Source: a virus. From it: a stretch of DNA of 22,002 bases. The stretch is taken from the IMG/VR virus record IMGVR_UViG_3300009285_005630; one strand, written 5' to 3'. The notes below the pieces were generated by a model. It was not told where the DNA came from, ran no database searches, and saw only the letters and a list, made by a program, of their open reading frames with translations. The stretch's first letter is position 1, and each line of letters begins with the position of its first letter. Of this stretch, positions 6,509-15,661 are shown piece after piece. Position numbers and translations under genes: made by a program.

Positions 6509-9408
6509 TGGCCGCCGACACTGAACTGCTCGCCATGCAATACGTGTATTCGTTGAAGGACGATATGACCCGTCCTTTGAAGAATATCGGCGACCGTTGG
6601 GAGCGGTTCAAGAAGCGGATCGTGTCGGCGGAAAAGGCCTCATCCACATCCGTTGGCGTCACCGAGAACACCATTAAGAAGTGGGGGGACGCCTTCAAGC
6701 AGTTCGCCAAGAAGGAGCAGGCGGACGAGGTAGCCGGGCGGTTGAATGTGCTGATCCGGAACATGGAGAAAATCGGGAAGGAGCAAGGGGAGACGGCCAT
6801 GATCCGCACGGGGCGTCGATGGATTGACGCCCTGATGCCCAAGGCCTCGTCGGCGGAAAAATCCGGGTTCCTGGAAAAGGTGCTATCCGCCAAGGACATG
6901 CGGCGAAAAGAAGTGGAGTACAAGTTGTTTGTCCGCAAGGCTATGCGCATCACGGATAGCTGGGTAGCCCAACTGGGCTCCATCGCGGGCATGTTGGCCT
7001 TCGGCGATGCCATTGACGACATGGCGGACCTCCAGAATACTATGGCAGGTGTCGCCGCGTCTGCCAAGGGCGTGGAGGTGGGGGCTGCGGGCATTAAAGC
7101 CCTCACCGACCAAGCCGTTAACCTGGGAGCCAAGCTCAAAGTAGACTCCGCCCTCATCGGGGAGTTCTTTGGTGCGTACGCCAAGTCAGGGATCGCGGCC
7201 GATCAACTGGATACCTTGACCTCCAGCGGAGTGAAATATGCTAAGGTTTTCGGCATGGGCAACGCGGAAGCGGCGGAATTCATCGCCAATCAGGTGCGGA
7301 TCAACCGCTTATCCCCTGAGGGCATCAACCGCATTGGATCCGCCATGCTCAACGTCGCCAAGGCCACAGGGGAGTCCACGACGGAATTGATGGGCTTCCT
7401 GGGACAGGCGCAAGATTACGTCAAGCGCTTCCGAGCCGGGGATCTGCGGGAATCCGTGCAGAAGCAACTCCTGGCCGTGCGTGGACTCTTCGGGCAAATC
7501 GGCGTGGGAGAAAGCGACATTCTGGACATGCTCCAAAAAGTCGGGGACGCCGCTGACGTGGACGGGCATAAACTGCTCGGCATCTACGCCCCCTTGGGGG
7601 GAATGTCCGCCCGCGCCGCGCGTGAGGCTATCAATTCCGGCAAGGGCATTGACAAAGCCATGACGGCGCTGGTTAAGGGGATGGCACGCAAAGCCAAAGG
7701 GATGAATGCGGGGATGATTGACAACTACGCCCGAATGACCGGAAGCAGCGCAGATATGCTGAGAACTCTGCGCAACGCTTCCGAGGCTGAGATTGACAAG
7801 ATCGCCAAGTCCATGACGGAGGCGAACGGAAAAACTGATACTTTGGACACGACCTATGATAGTTTCCGAGGCACTGTCTCTGATTTGAAAGACCAGCTCA
7901 AAGCCCTGTGGAAGAACGTCATTGGAAACTTTGTCCTGCCCGTGTTATCCCCGTTGATTGCGGGGTTAAAGCTGGCCTTGAAGGTGACGGAACCATTCTT
8001 TGCCATTGTCTCCAAGATTCCAGGGCCCGTCAAGGCCGCCGCCGTTGCCCTCGTTATGTTATCCGGCGCGTTGTCAGGGGTTGGGATTGCCAGCACAATT
8101 ACCGACAAACTTAGCGGATTTCTTGGGATCGCTAAGAAAATACCTGCTGTTGGAAAGGTCCTGGACAAGCTCTCGGGCATATCTCCTGGAGGATTTCTGG
8201 GATCCATCTTAGGGAAGGGTAAAGGGGGCAAAGTCTTGGGGCTTTTCCAGAGCGCCTTATCCCCTATTTTGAAATTTCTCCCTAAAATAGGGCTTAAATT
8301 AGGCCTGCGATTATTGGGAGGCATCGGAATTGCATTCCTGGCGTTTGACTTGGTGAAACTTTTCAACAAGTATGTTCTGCGGCCACTGATTGAGAAACTT
8401 GGTGGTAAGGAAGCATTGGCGGCATGGGACAAGTTCCTCGGAAAATTGGCAGCCCCGTTTAAGGCCCTGTGGTCGTCTTTGAAGTCTGGTTGGGTACTCT
8501 TCAAAGATAATGTCCTGCAAGGCTTACAGGAGGCATGGGGGCCCGTACGAGAAGGGTTTAAAGAGGTGATGGACGCTTTAAAGCCTTTGATTCCCGCGTT
8601 CAAGGATCTTTGGTCGGCTATAGTGGATATTTTCCAAGAAATTGGGCTGTTTAAAAGTAAGGGTGAAGGTGCGAAGGTGTTTTTTGAGTACGTGGGAGCT
8701 GCCGTCGGATTACTGGTTAAAGTTCTTGGGAAAGGGTTGGTTCTTCAACTGAAATACGTGGCGTTTAGTCTTAAAATCGTAGTAAAAGTGTTTCAAGCCG
8801 TGATAAAAGTCATTACTTGGCTTATAAAAGCCGAAAAATCCGTAATTCGGTTCTGGAAAACGCTTTTTACAAGTCCGGTAAGGGCGTTAACAGGATTATC
8901 CAAAGGGGTTAAAGGGTGGGTGGGACAGTTCCTATCCGGCCTGCAAGGCATCGCGCAAAAGATTGCAGCCTTTGTGCAGGACACGTTCATCAAGCCCATT
9001 CAGGCTATTGGCAACCGTATTTTAGAGTTCTTAGGACTAGACAAAGTGTTGAAAGCCCTTGGAGCCGTGGCACAATTTGCAGGCGGCATCCTTGGCCGGT
9101 TCCTAGGGGGAAAGGCAGCTCCGCAAGCCGCTCCACAGGCGGTTCCTGTAGGCAAGGCGTTAGTTGCTGGAAAGGAAAAGAAACCCTACGCCACCACATT
9201 GGACGTGTCGCAACAACTTCTCATGGAAACCCGTGAGCAGAACAAGCACTTGAAAAGCATCCTGGTAGCAAATGAAAAGAACAACGACCTGGTAGAAGCG
9301 GACACGAAAGACAAGAAGGCACCTGCTTCGGCGGCGCGGCGTAACTCCGGGTATTCTCGAACTATGCCCGCATACGCGCCCCAAGACTTGTCATCGGTGC
9401 AGTCATAG
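6508..9408 (+). CDS. Tape measure protein
   Basis: 966 aa, Ala/Gly/Lys-rich helical composition, periodic W/F amphipathic repeats and hydrophobic segments; canonical position after the chaperones. Confidence 0.9.
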   Translation: MAADTELLAMQYVYSLKDDMTRPLKNIGDRWERFKKRIVSAEKASSTSVGVTENTIKKWGDAFKQFAKKEQADEVAGRLNVLIRNMEKIGKEQGETAMIRTGRRWIDALMPKASSAEKSGFLEKVLSAKDMRRKEVEYKLFVRKAMRITDSWVAQLGSIAGMLAFGDAIDDMADLQNTMAGVAASAKGVEVGAAGIKALTDQAVNLGAKLKVDSALIGEFFGAYAKSGIAADQLDTLTSSGVKYAKVFGMGNAEAAEFIANQVRINRLSPEGINRIGSAMLNVAKATGESTTELMGFLGQAQDYVKRFRAGDLRESVQKQLLAVRGLFGQIGVGESDILDMLQKVGDAADVDGHKLLGIYAPLGGMSARAAREAINSGKGIDKAMTALVKGMARKAKGMNAGMIDNYARMTGSSADMLRTLRNASEAEIDKIAKSMTEANGKTDTLDTTYDSFRGTVSDLKDQLKALWKNVIGNFVLPVLSPLIAGLKLALKVTEPFFAIVSKIPGPVKAAAVALVMLSGALSGVGIASTITDKLSGFLGIAKKIPAVGKVLDKLSGISPGGFLGSILGKGKGGKVLGLFQSALSPILKFLPKIGLKLGLRLLGGIGIAFLAFDLVKLFNKYVLRPLIEKLGGKEALAAWDKFLGKLAAPFKALWSSLKSGWVLFKDNVLQGLQEAWGPVREGFKEVMDALKPLIPAFKDLWSAIVDIFQEIGLFKSKGEGAKVFFEYVGAAVGLLVKVLGKGLVLQLKYVAFSLKIVVKVFQAVIKVITWLIKAEKSVIRFWKTLFTSPVRALTGLSKGVKGWVGQFLSGLQGIAQKIAAFVQDTFIKPIQAIGNRILEFLGLDKVLKALGAVAQFAGGILGRFLGGKAAPQAAPQAVPVGKALVAGKEKKPYATTLDVSQQLLMETREQNKHLKSILVANEKNNDLVEADTKDKKAPASAARRNSGYSRTMPAYAPQDLSSVQS

Positions 9409-9410
9409 CT

Positions 9411-9956
9411 ATGCCCTTCTTCCCCACTACCGGTGATTCCGCATCCTCCAACGGGGTTACCTTTCCCGTTCCGAAGTCTTATTTGCAAATCGTCGGCGGG
9501 GTGAAAATTCCCTTTCAGTTCAAGCCCAAAGGACTGTCTGAGTCCAACTCCGCAGCCTATAGCGCGTCTGAAATCATCGGCCGTAGCGCACCCATTCAGG
9601 GGTACAACAACTCCGGCCCTCGCACCATAGGTGTGACCTTCATCTTCTTTGCCGACCCCAAAGACTCCAAAATAGACACAGCGAAGATTAAGGACTACGT
9701 GTGGAAGCTGCAATCCACGCTATACCCCGACCATAGCAACGGTGCGGGTACGCCCCCCCGTTGCATTCTTAAAATTGAGAATTGGTTGAAGATGACCGGC
9801 GTCATCACGTCGTGGAACGTGGACGTGCCGGATGACACCCCGTGGGACTTGGACGCACGCCTGCCTATGCACGTTGAGATCACCTTGCAAATTATGGAGA
9901 TTCGTGACTCCTCCATCAGTTACAAAGAAGTGCAAACGGGAGCACATCAAAAGTGA
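9411..9956 (+). CDS. Tail tube initiator / baseplate-tube junction protein (CIS-tube, gp48/gp54/P2 gpU-like)
   Basis: IPFQFKP..LSES.SA.YS...IIGRSAPIQ.Y..SGPR.I and PPRC.L motifs; directly after the tape measure. Confidence 0.8.
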   Translation: MPFFPTTGDSASSNGVTFPVPKSYLQIVGGVKIPFQFKPKGLSESNSAAYSASEIIGRSAPIQGYNNSGPRTIGVTFIFFADPKDSKIDTAKIKDYVWKLQSTLYPDHSNGAGTPPRCILKIENWLKMTGVITSWNVDVPDDTPWDLDARLPMHVEITLQIMEIRDSSISYKEVQTGAHQK

Positions 9957-10297
9957 CCAACGAACTTCCCGTTCAGGCGGCGTACTACCGGGATCGTCTA
10001 AAGGAGATGAAATCCCTGTGGTACGTCGTAGGCCTCGTCCAGGATAGCGGAGTCTTGTACTATGAGGTTCCGACGATTCCAGCTATCGCGTCAAATCCTG
10101 ACGACGAGTTTCACATTATCAAACCGAATGAAGTAGCGCGGTTGGATAAGTTGGCGTACAAGTACTATCTGGACGATACGCTGTGGTGGGTGATTGCCGT
10201 GGCCAATGCGATATTCTTCCCCATGGACGAGACTCCCGTTGGGACGGTGCTTCGTATCCCCTCCAAGCGGGTCGTATACGCGGAGATCATCCGATGA
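9953..10297 (+). CDS. LysM-fold baseplate wedge protein (T4 gp53 / P2 gpX-like)
   Basis: RLDKLAYKYY.D..LWWVIAVAN.I..P....GTVLRIP; GTG start overlaps the previous TGA, with GGAG upstream. Confidence 0.88.
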   Translation: MTNELPVQAAYYRDRLKEMKSLWYVVGLVQDSGVLYYEVPTIPAIASNPDDEFHIIKPNEVARLDKLAYKYYLDDTLWWVIAVANAIFFPMDETPVGTVLRIPSKRVVYAEIIR

Positions 10298-11535
10298 CCA
10301 ATTTACGTGGCAGCACCGCCTATGTCCCGCAGCCGTTCTTAGCCTACGCGGAAGTAAAGTTGGGTAGTCTGTACCTATCCAGCTTCGGATCACGCCCACA
10401 AATGCTGTTAAGCCTTACCCATGTGCGGTCCATGGAGGATCAGGGAAACACTGTCGCAATTCGGGTTTCGGACAGCGAGTGGACCCGTGTGGAGGCGGAG
10501 TTATTTGGGGGGGATCGTATTCTGGAGTTCCGGTATGGGTATGTCGGGGGACTGATGTCTCCATGGTACAAGAGTTCTGCGGACGTGGATTGGAAGCCGG
10601 ACATAAAATCGGAGGGGAAAGAGATTGAAATTTCAGGGATTTCCCAAATCTTCCTCTCAGGTCAAAGCGAACTAAAAACACGGGTATGGCGGGATAAAAG
10701 CATCAATGAGATTGTGTCGCAAATTGCGGTAGAGAACGGCTGGAAGACAGACGAACGAACCAAACGCTGCGCGGCGATGATGGATCGCTGTCAAGGACTG
10801 CGTGGGACACAAGCGGAAATGCGCGTCTACAACCAGTCCAATATGAGTGACCTGGACTTTGTCAAACACGTCCTTGCCCCGGAATCCGTGGATGAGGAAA
10901 GCGGCCGATCCGGGCACACCGTTGCGTTTGAGGATGATACGAAAACCCTTATATTTAGGCCTCCAGCTTATGAGGAATCTCCTAAGAGAGAGTACACGTG
11001 GTGGAACAACAAAGAGACCCCCGTTTTGAATTGGGTAACACAATTCCAAGGAGCCATGGCCCAAGGCATTGGAACGGGGGGAGCTGCGATTGAAACCGCA
11101 ACCATCAATAGTGTCACGGGAAAGGCGGAGGTCTACCGGGTCAGCAATAACGAAAACACCAGCACCAAAGTTACTACAGGAGGACGCCAGCTCAATCGCT
11201 CCAAAGACGCCAGTAATTTAAAACTAGTTCAACCGGCCCAACCAAATCCGGTCGTGACACAGGCACGTGCTACGGAATTATGGGTTTCGATGATGGACAT
11301 GGCATGCTATGAGGCGACCATGATTTTAATGGGAGATCCTACTATCAAAGCCAATGAGACTATAAAAGCAAATATCTTCTGCGGAAACGGTGCTTTGGAT
11401 CACACATCTGGAATCTACCTTATAAATGAAATTACAGATACCATAACGCCGGGAACATTCGAGACTACGCTGACCCTGTTGAAAAACGGCTCGCATAGTG
11501 GACAGGAGCCTACGGTAGGTCGGGTGAACGCATGA
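10294..11535 (+). CDS. Baseplate hub protein (T4 gp27 / P2 gpD-like)
   Basis: Start moved to ATG 10294 (ATGA overlap, GGAG at 10282-10285). FRYGY, SINEIV.QIA, NQSNMSDLDFV, MGDPTI, SGIYLI..ITD.I..G.F.T.LTL motifs. Confidence 0.85.
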   Translation: MTNLRGSTAYVPQPFLAYAEVKLGSLYLSSFGSRPQMLLSLTHVRSMEDQGNTVAIRVSDSEWTRVEAELFGGDRILEFRYGYVGGLMSPWYKSSADVDWKPDIKSEGKEIEISGISQIFLSGQSELKTRVWRDKSINEIVSQIAVENGWKTDERTKRCAAMMDRCQGLRGTQAEMRVYNQSNMSDLDFVKHVLAPESVDEESGRSGHTVAFEDDTKTLIFRPPAYEESPKREYTWWNNKETPVLNWVTQFQGAMAQGIGTGGAAIETATINSVTGKAEVYRVSNNENTSTKVTTGGRQLNRSKDASNLKLVQPAQPNPVVTQARATELWVSMMDMACYEATMILMGDPTIKANETIKANIFCGNGALDHTSGIYLINEITDTITPGTFETTLTLLKNGSHSGQEPTVGRVNA

Positions 11536-12602
11536 CGATTGCTAAGGGGCAGCGCCGGTTCCGGCATAACGTAACACAGCAAAAGATTGTTGGCCCTGGA
11601 GGTCAACTCTTTGTCATGGTGCGCGGAGTAGTGGAATTCAACGCAGACCCTCTGGGACTCAAGCGGTGCAAGGTCCGGGTTCCGACGCTTCATGGGTTCG
11701 CCGACGAAGGCCGTATGACCACCGAGGACTTGAAATGGGCGGTTCCAGGGATTTGCGCCCCGTCGGGAAACGACTTTGGGGAATTTCTTGTTCCTCCCGT
11801 TGGAACAGCGGTTATGGTGTTATTTGAGGCTGGGAACCAAGAGAATATTGTCTACATGGGTGCAAATATTAGTATCCAAGAAGTGGACGATGTGACCTAT
11901 CTTGCCACAGACGAGCTCCCTGAGACCGAAGGAGACATGATCGGGGAGAACCGGACGCCTTGGCATGCCCCCGTCGGGCAGGACGCCCCAGAGGAAACAA
12001 ACCGGAATAAGAACTTTGTCCCTTCAACCTTGGTCCTGTACAAGAGTCCCAAGGGAGCACTGTTTCTCATTGACGACCGGGATGAGGCGGAAGCGGTTGA
12101 AATTCTGGACCGTTTGGGGCAGGGTCTTAAAGTTTCCGGCCGCATCAGCACCGTCGCCAATACGGGGAATGCGTTCCGCCGTCATGACGCGGAGATACCG
12201 GACTACGCCAACAAAGAGGGAGCCGTTGGTCCGAAGTTGCCTCTACAGGGGGGTGAAGTTCTTTTGTTTGACTTCCTGGGGCAAGAGATCGCCCTACGAT
12301 CCTTCACGGGGAACAGAGGCTTGGAAATTGTTCTTCGGGAACCTAATGGAGACCAAGAACTTCTTATTCACGCCAATCTTTCCCGAGGGGAATTCCGCAT
12401 CGAAAACACTCTACAGGGAGTGCAACAATTTGGCATCCGCGCTGACGCCAACCGGATGCGCCTCGCCGCCACGGAAGTGACTATCGTCGGCGAGCGCACG
12501 ACATTGGAGGGAGACGTGGCTGTTCGGGGCAATGTCTACGTAGACGGGGACGTGCGAGGAACCGGGGACCTAATGGTCCATGGAGAAATGCATGGACATT
12601 AA
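11532..12602 (+). CDS. Central spike protein (gp5 OB-fold / P2 gpV / phi92 gp138-like), no lysozyme domain
   Basis: OB-fold signature RGVVEFNADP....RCKVRVP...WA.P...PPVGT.V.V.FEAGN...VYMG; C-terminal G(D/N)V.V.G beta-helix repeats ending HGEMHGH. Confidence 0.9.
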   Translation: MTIAKGQRRFRHNVTQQKIVGPGGQLFVMVRGVVEFNADPLGLKRCKVRVPTLHGFADEGRMTTEDLKWAVPGICAPSGNDFGEFLVPPVGTAVMVLFEAGNQENIVYMGANISIQEVDDVTYLATDELPETEGDMIGENRTPWHAPVGQDAPEETNRNKNFVPSTLVLYKSPKGALFLIDDRDEAEAVEILDRLGQGLKVSGRISTVANTGNAFRRHDAEIPDYANKEGAVGPKLPLQGGEVLLFDFLGQEIALRSFTGNRGLEIVLREPNGDQELLIHANLSRGEFRIENTLQGVQQFGIRADANRMRLAATEVTIVGERTTLEGDVAVRGNVYVDGDVRGTGDLMVHGEMHGH

Positions 12603-14784
12603 TGCGACGATCCGCGAACACCTCACTCCTTCGGCGGCTCTGCCCTACAAGCTGTACAGGGTTGTCCTGGACCAGGGGACGGGTAACGCCACCCTACAGC
12701 CCGGCGTAGATCTGAATCTATACGATAGCGCCGTGGACCGCTTGGACGGCACTGGAGGGTGGGTCAACATCAGCCGGAGTACCATTGACACGGTGGAACT
12801 GGACAACGTGCAAACAGGCAACATCTACCAATGTGAAGTAAAAGATATTTCTTTGACTAATTGCCGAATTGAATTCCGGGACTGCAAGATCACGGGCACA
12901 ATCATGATACGCGGAGGCCGAGTGACCTTCACGGGATGCCAGTTTGCCCCGGCCAGCGCATCGGACCCGTTTTATACATTGGATGATTATTCCACGGTAA
13001 CCGTGGAAGGATCTCCGCAAGACGACAGGCTGTACGGGCGCTTGGCCTCCGAGACACGCTTTCCTCAGGACACGGTACAGTTTCTGTCTACTCAGGCGGG
13101 GACCCTGTTCACGGTTAAACACGCGCGCTTGCACATGAACAGCGTCGGGGAGTGTCAGGTCAACGGGTTGATTCTCGACGTGGAAGCGGACGGATACATG
13201 TTGGTGGAGAATGTCTACGGGACGTGGATGTCCCAGAATGGCGGCGTGCGCAGCAAGGGAACCCTCGTCGGACGGAACCTCTCCACGTTGGCGTGTCAAG
13301 AGGGGTGGGTCATTGAATGCCTGGAACGTGGCGTGATCGCCTTGGACGGTGTTACGGATATCCTCCAGTTGGGCACTTACCCCGCCGCGATCAACATGGA
13401 TCAAGGTCGGTTGGAGCTACGCAATGTCAAGCAATTCGTCAAGGGGACCGGAGGCTCCATTCAAGCCACCAATCAGTCGGAAATTACACTGGAGAATATC
13501 TCCACGGAGGGTGGGTTTATCAAGGGCATGTCCGTGGCGGATTCCACCGTAAAGGCACATAACATTAAGACCACAGAATCAGCGGGACAATGGATGGTGG
13601 CACAGGATAGCGACCTTACCATTGACACCGTGGATAACCTGCAAGCCGTGGGGCCCGCGTTCGAGTTGACGGGGACTACTCTGCGCTTGGACAATGTGAA
13701 GGCCAACGCGGAATTGACGGATTCCTTTATCAAGATCCTGGATGGTGACTGCACGGTTATTGCAACCCGTATGGGAACGTTGTCCGGCACCAAGCACTAC
13801 ATGGAGGTGGTGGGGGGCGGGAACATTCACCTCAGTCATCAGGGGGGGACGTTAAATTTCGCAAGCGCTGGATTGATTAAGATTCTGTCCTGTTCCTCGG
13901 CCACGGTGCGCTTGGACGACACAACGGTCAATTGCTTGGGGCCCTACGTGTATATGGGAGTGCAAACCACACTGACTGAGAGTGGGATGACCGTCAACGC
14001 CACGGGTGCTTTGTGGGAAATGGGCGCAACCGGGTCCGTGGCCATCTATGGAGGAATGTACACCAGTTCCGGCACGGCGTTTAAGACCTTTCAAGGTTCC
14101 CTGCGCGTGGAGAAGGCGACTATTACGGCGTCCAGCGATTCCAGTACGCTGACCAACCTTGCCGCCACGTTCCGGGAGGCGACGTTAACTCTCACGGGAA
14201 CGGTTACCCTGAATGCCGCCGCTATCCACAGCGAGGACTCCTCAATCACGGCCACAGCGTACACGGTTTCTGGTGCCAGCCGCATGCAGTCCCAAGGGGA
14301 CACATGGGCGGGAGATTGGACGTTGACCGAAGCCTTGCGCGTCCATGCCTTAGATTCCACCTTTGATGCTTTTGAGGGCGATGGTCCCTTGGTCGCCCAC
14401 GCAGTATCTATTACGATCAGCGCAAGTTCCGTTGCCTCGGCCCAAGGGGTGTTCGTCGCGTGTACAGGCTCCTTTACCGCCTTGGATAGCGGGGACCTCC
14501 TTTTAGTCGGAACCGCGTTGACGGTGACGGCGACGAGTGCCGTGAAACTGGTCTACCTTGGGGACGTGCTTCCTGATAATTCTCTTGGAATTGGAGTATC
14601 CGCTGGAGTGTGTGAAGTAGGATCAAAAATATCCTCAACAGAATTTTACGGCGTCTTGGCTGATACTGCCGCGCAGACGGCAACAATAAAAGCTACGGAT
14701 GACTTTGCGTACATCACCGACAAGGCCGGATCCAAAGCGCGTACATTGGCCATCGGTGGCGAAGCCACGCACGAGTTGGTATAA
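12592..14784 (+). CDS. Large beta-solenoid-like hypothetical structural protein
   Basis: Start likely ATG 12592 (GGAG at 12582-12585), overlapping the spike stop. About 730 aa of Thr/Gly/Ser/Val-rich alternating beta-strand pattern. Function not assignable. Confidence 0.75.
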   Translation: MDINATIREHLTPSAALPYKLYRVVLDQGTGNATLQPGVDLNLYDSAVDRLDGTGGWVNISRSTIDTVELDNVQTGNIYQCEVKDISLTNCRIEFRDCKITGTIMIRGGRVTFTGCQFAPASASDPFYTLDDYSTVTVEGSPQDDRLYGRLASETRFPQDTVQFLSTQAGTLFTVKHARLHMNSVGECQVNGLILDVEADGYMLVENVYGTWMSQNGGVRSKGTLVGRNLSTLACQEGWVIECLERGVIALDGVTDILQLGTYPAAINMDQGRLELRNVKQFVKGTGGSIQATNQSEITLENISTEGGFIKGMSVADSTVKAHNIKTTESAGQWMVAQDSDLTIDTVDNLQAVGPAFELTGTTLRLDNVKANAELTDSFIKILDGDCTVIATRMGTLSGTKHYMEVVGGGNIHLSHQGGTLNFASAGLIKILSCSSATVRLDDTTVNCLGPYVYMGVQTTLTESGMTVNATGALWEMGATGSVAIYGGMYTSSGTAFKTFQGSLRVEKATITASSDSSTLTNLAATFREATLTLTGTVTLNAAAIHSEDSSITATAYTVSGASRMQSQGDTWAGDWTLTEALRVHALDSTFDAFEGDGPLVAHAVSITISASSVASAQGVFVACTGSFTALDSGDLLLVGTALTVTATSAVKLVYLGDVLPDNSLGIGVSAGVCEVGSKISSTEFYGVLADTAAQTATIKATDDFAYITDKAGSKARTLAIGGEATHELV

Positions 14785-14785
14785 C

Positions 14786-15187
14786 ATGACCCTACAGAGA
14801 GAAATGGTAGGCGTTGACGCTGTGTTTTCATATTCCCTTGGAACTGTTACAGTAATCACTGTTGGAGCAGCCGTAAATTTAAAAATGTCAGACTCGGCCG
14901 GAGCCGGTATCCAAACAGCAGTTAAACACGCCGGGCCTGGTAATCAGACAGGAGATACTGTGTTTCAATGGGTCCGTGGGATTGTGTCTGGACAGTACAC
15001 AGCAGACTACTCCACACTCCAAGATGTGACCGCGACAACCCCTACGGGCACGAGTCGTATTGTTACCGTAGGAAGCACGTTAGTTAAATTTTCAGGTAGC
15101 GGGGGCGCGCCCGATACCATCGTAATCCCAGCACAAGCATCCTGGTCGGCTGGATTTCATGACAAGAACTTAGCGGAGGGGAGCTAA
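14786..15187 (+). CDS. Small beta-rich hypothetical protein (possible spike-tip protein)
   Basis: ATG 14786 lies 1 nt after the previous TAA; 133 aa, Gly/Thr/Val-rich; its TAA overlaps the gp25-like ATG. Confidence 0.6.
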   Translation: MTLQREMVGVDAVFSYSLGTVTVITVGAAVNLKMSDSAGAGIQTAVKHAGPGNQTGDTVFQWVRGIVSGQYTADYSTLQDVTATTPTGTSRIVTVGSTLVKFSGSGGAPDTIVIPAQASWSAGFHDKNLAEGS

Positions 15188-15651
15188 TGTCCTCAAACTT
15201 CATGGACTCCTTGTCCCGGATTGGGAAAGGCATCAAATTGCCGTTCACGTTCTCCCAACGTGGGAATGTTCGGGGTACGGCGACAGATACCAGCTTGGAC
15301 AAAATCAATGACGCTATCAAAATGATTCTGCAAACTTCCTTGAGTGAGCGATTCATGAATAATGAGTGCGGCTCTCTCCTCGATGAATGTCTCTTCGATT
15401 TTATTGACGAAGCGGGGCGGGATTTGATCTATCTGTACTCCGTCGAGGCGTTGCAGCGCTGGGTGCCAATCATTTCCGTCACGGGAGCGACTTTTCTGGT
15501 GGACGCGGAGAATAATGCCACTGCACTCGTCATCGAGTACACAGTCATCGGAACACCGGTATCCGGAACATATACCTACCCCTTCCAACAGGGGGCGATG
15601 CCGACGCAGGACCTGATTACCGGCGAGAACTACGCCAACGTGGTGCGTTAA
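15187..15651 (+). CDS. Baseplate wedge / sheath initiator (T4 gp25 / P2 gpW-like)
   Basis: GIKLPF, I.DAIKMILQT..SERFM..ECGS.L...LFD, EALQRWVP.I motifs; GGAGG SD. Confidence 0.92.
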   Translation: MSSNFMDSLSRIGKGIKLPFTFSQRGNVRGTATDTSLDKINDAIKMILQTSLSERFMNNECGSLLDECLFDFIDEAGRDLIYLYSVEALQRWVPIISVTGATFLVDAENNATALVIEYTVIGTPVSGTYTYPFQQGAMPTQDLITGENYANVVR

Positions 15652-15661
15652 GGAGATCCCC

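Noticed and set aside
5410-7184. Long minus-strand ORFs (376 aa at 5410-6540 and 401 aa at 5979-7184) and the many other antisense ORFs
   Set aside because: They lie entirely opposite well-supported + strand genes, show no recognisable motifs, and are expected shadows of GC-rich codon usage.
10183-10293. ORF-track N-terminal extension of the hub gene (likewise the 12580 and 14699 starts)
   Set aside because: These overlap upstream genes; ATG 10294, 12592 and 14786 have better SD placement or stop-start coupling.
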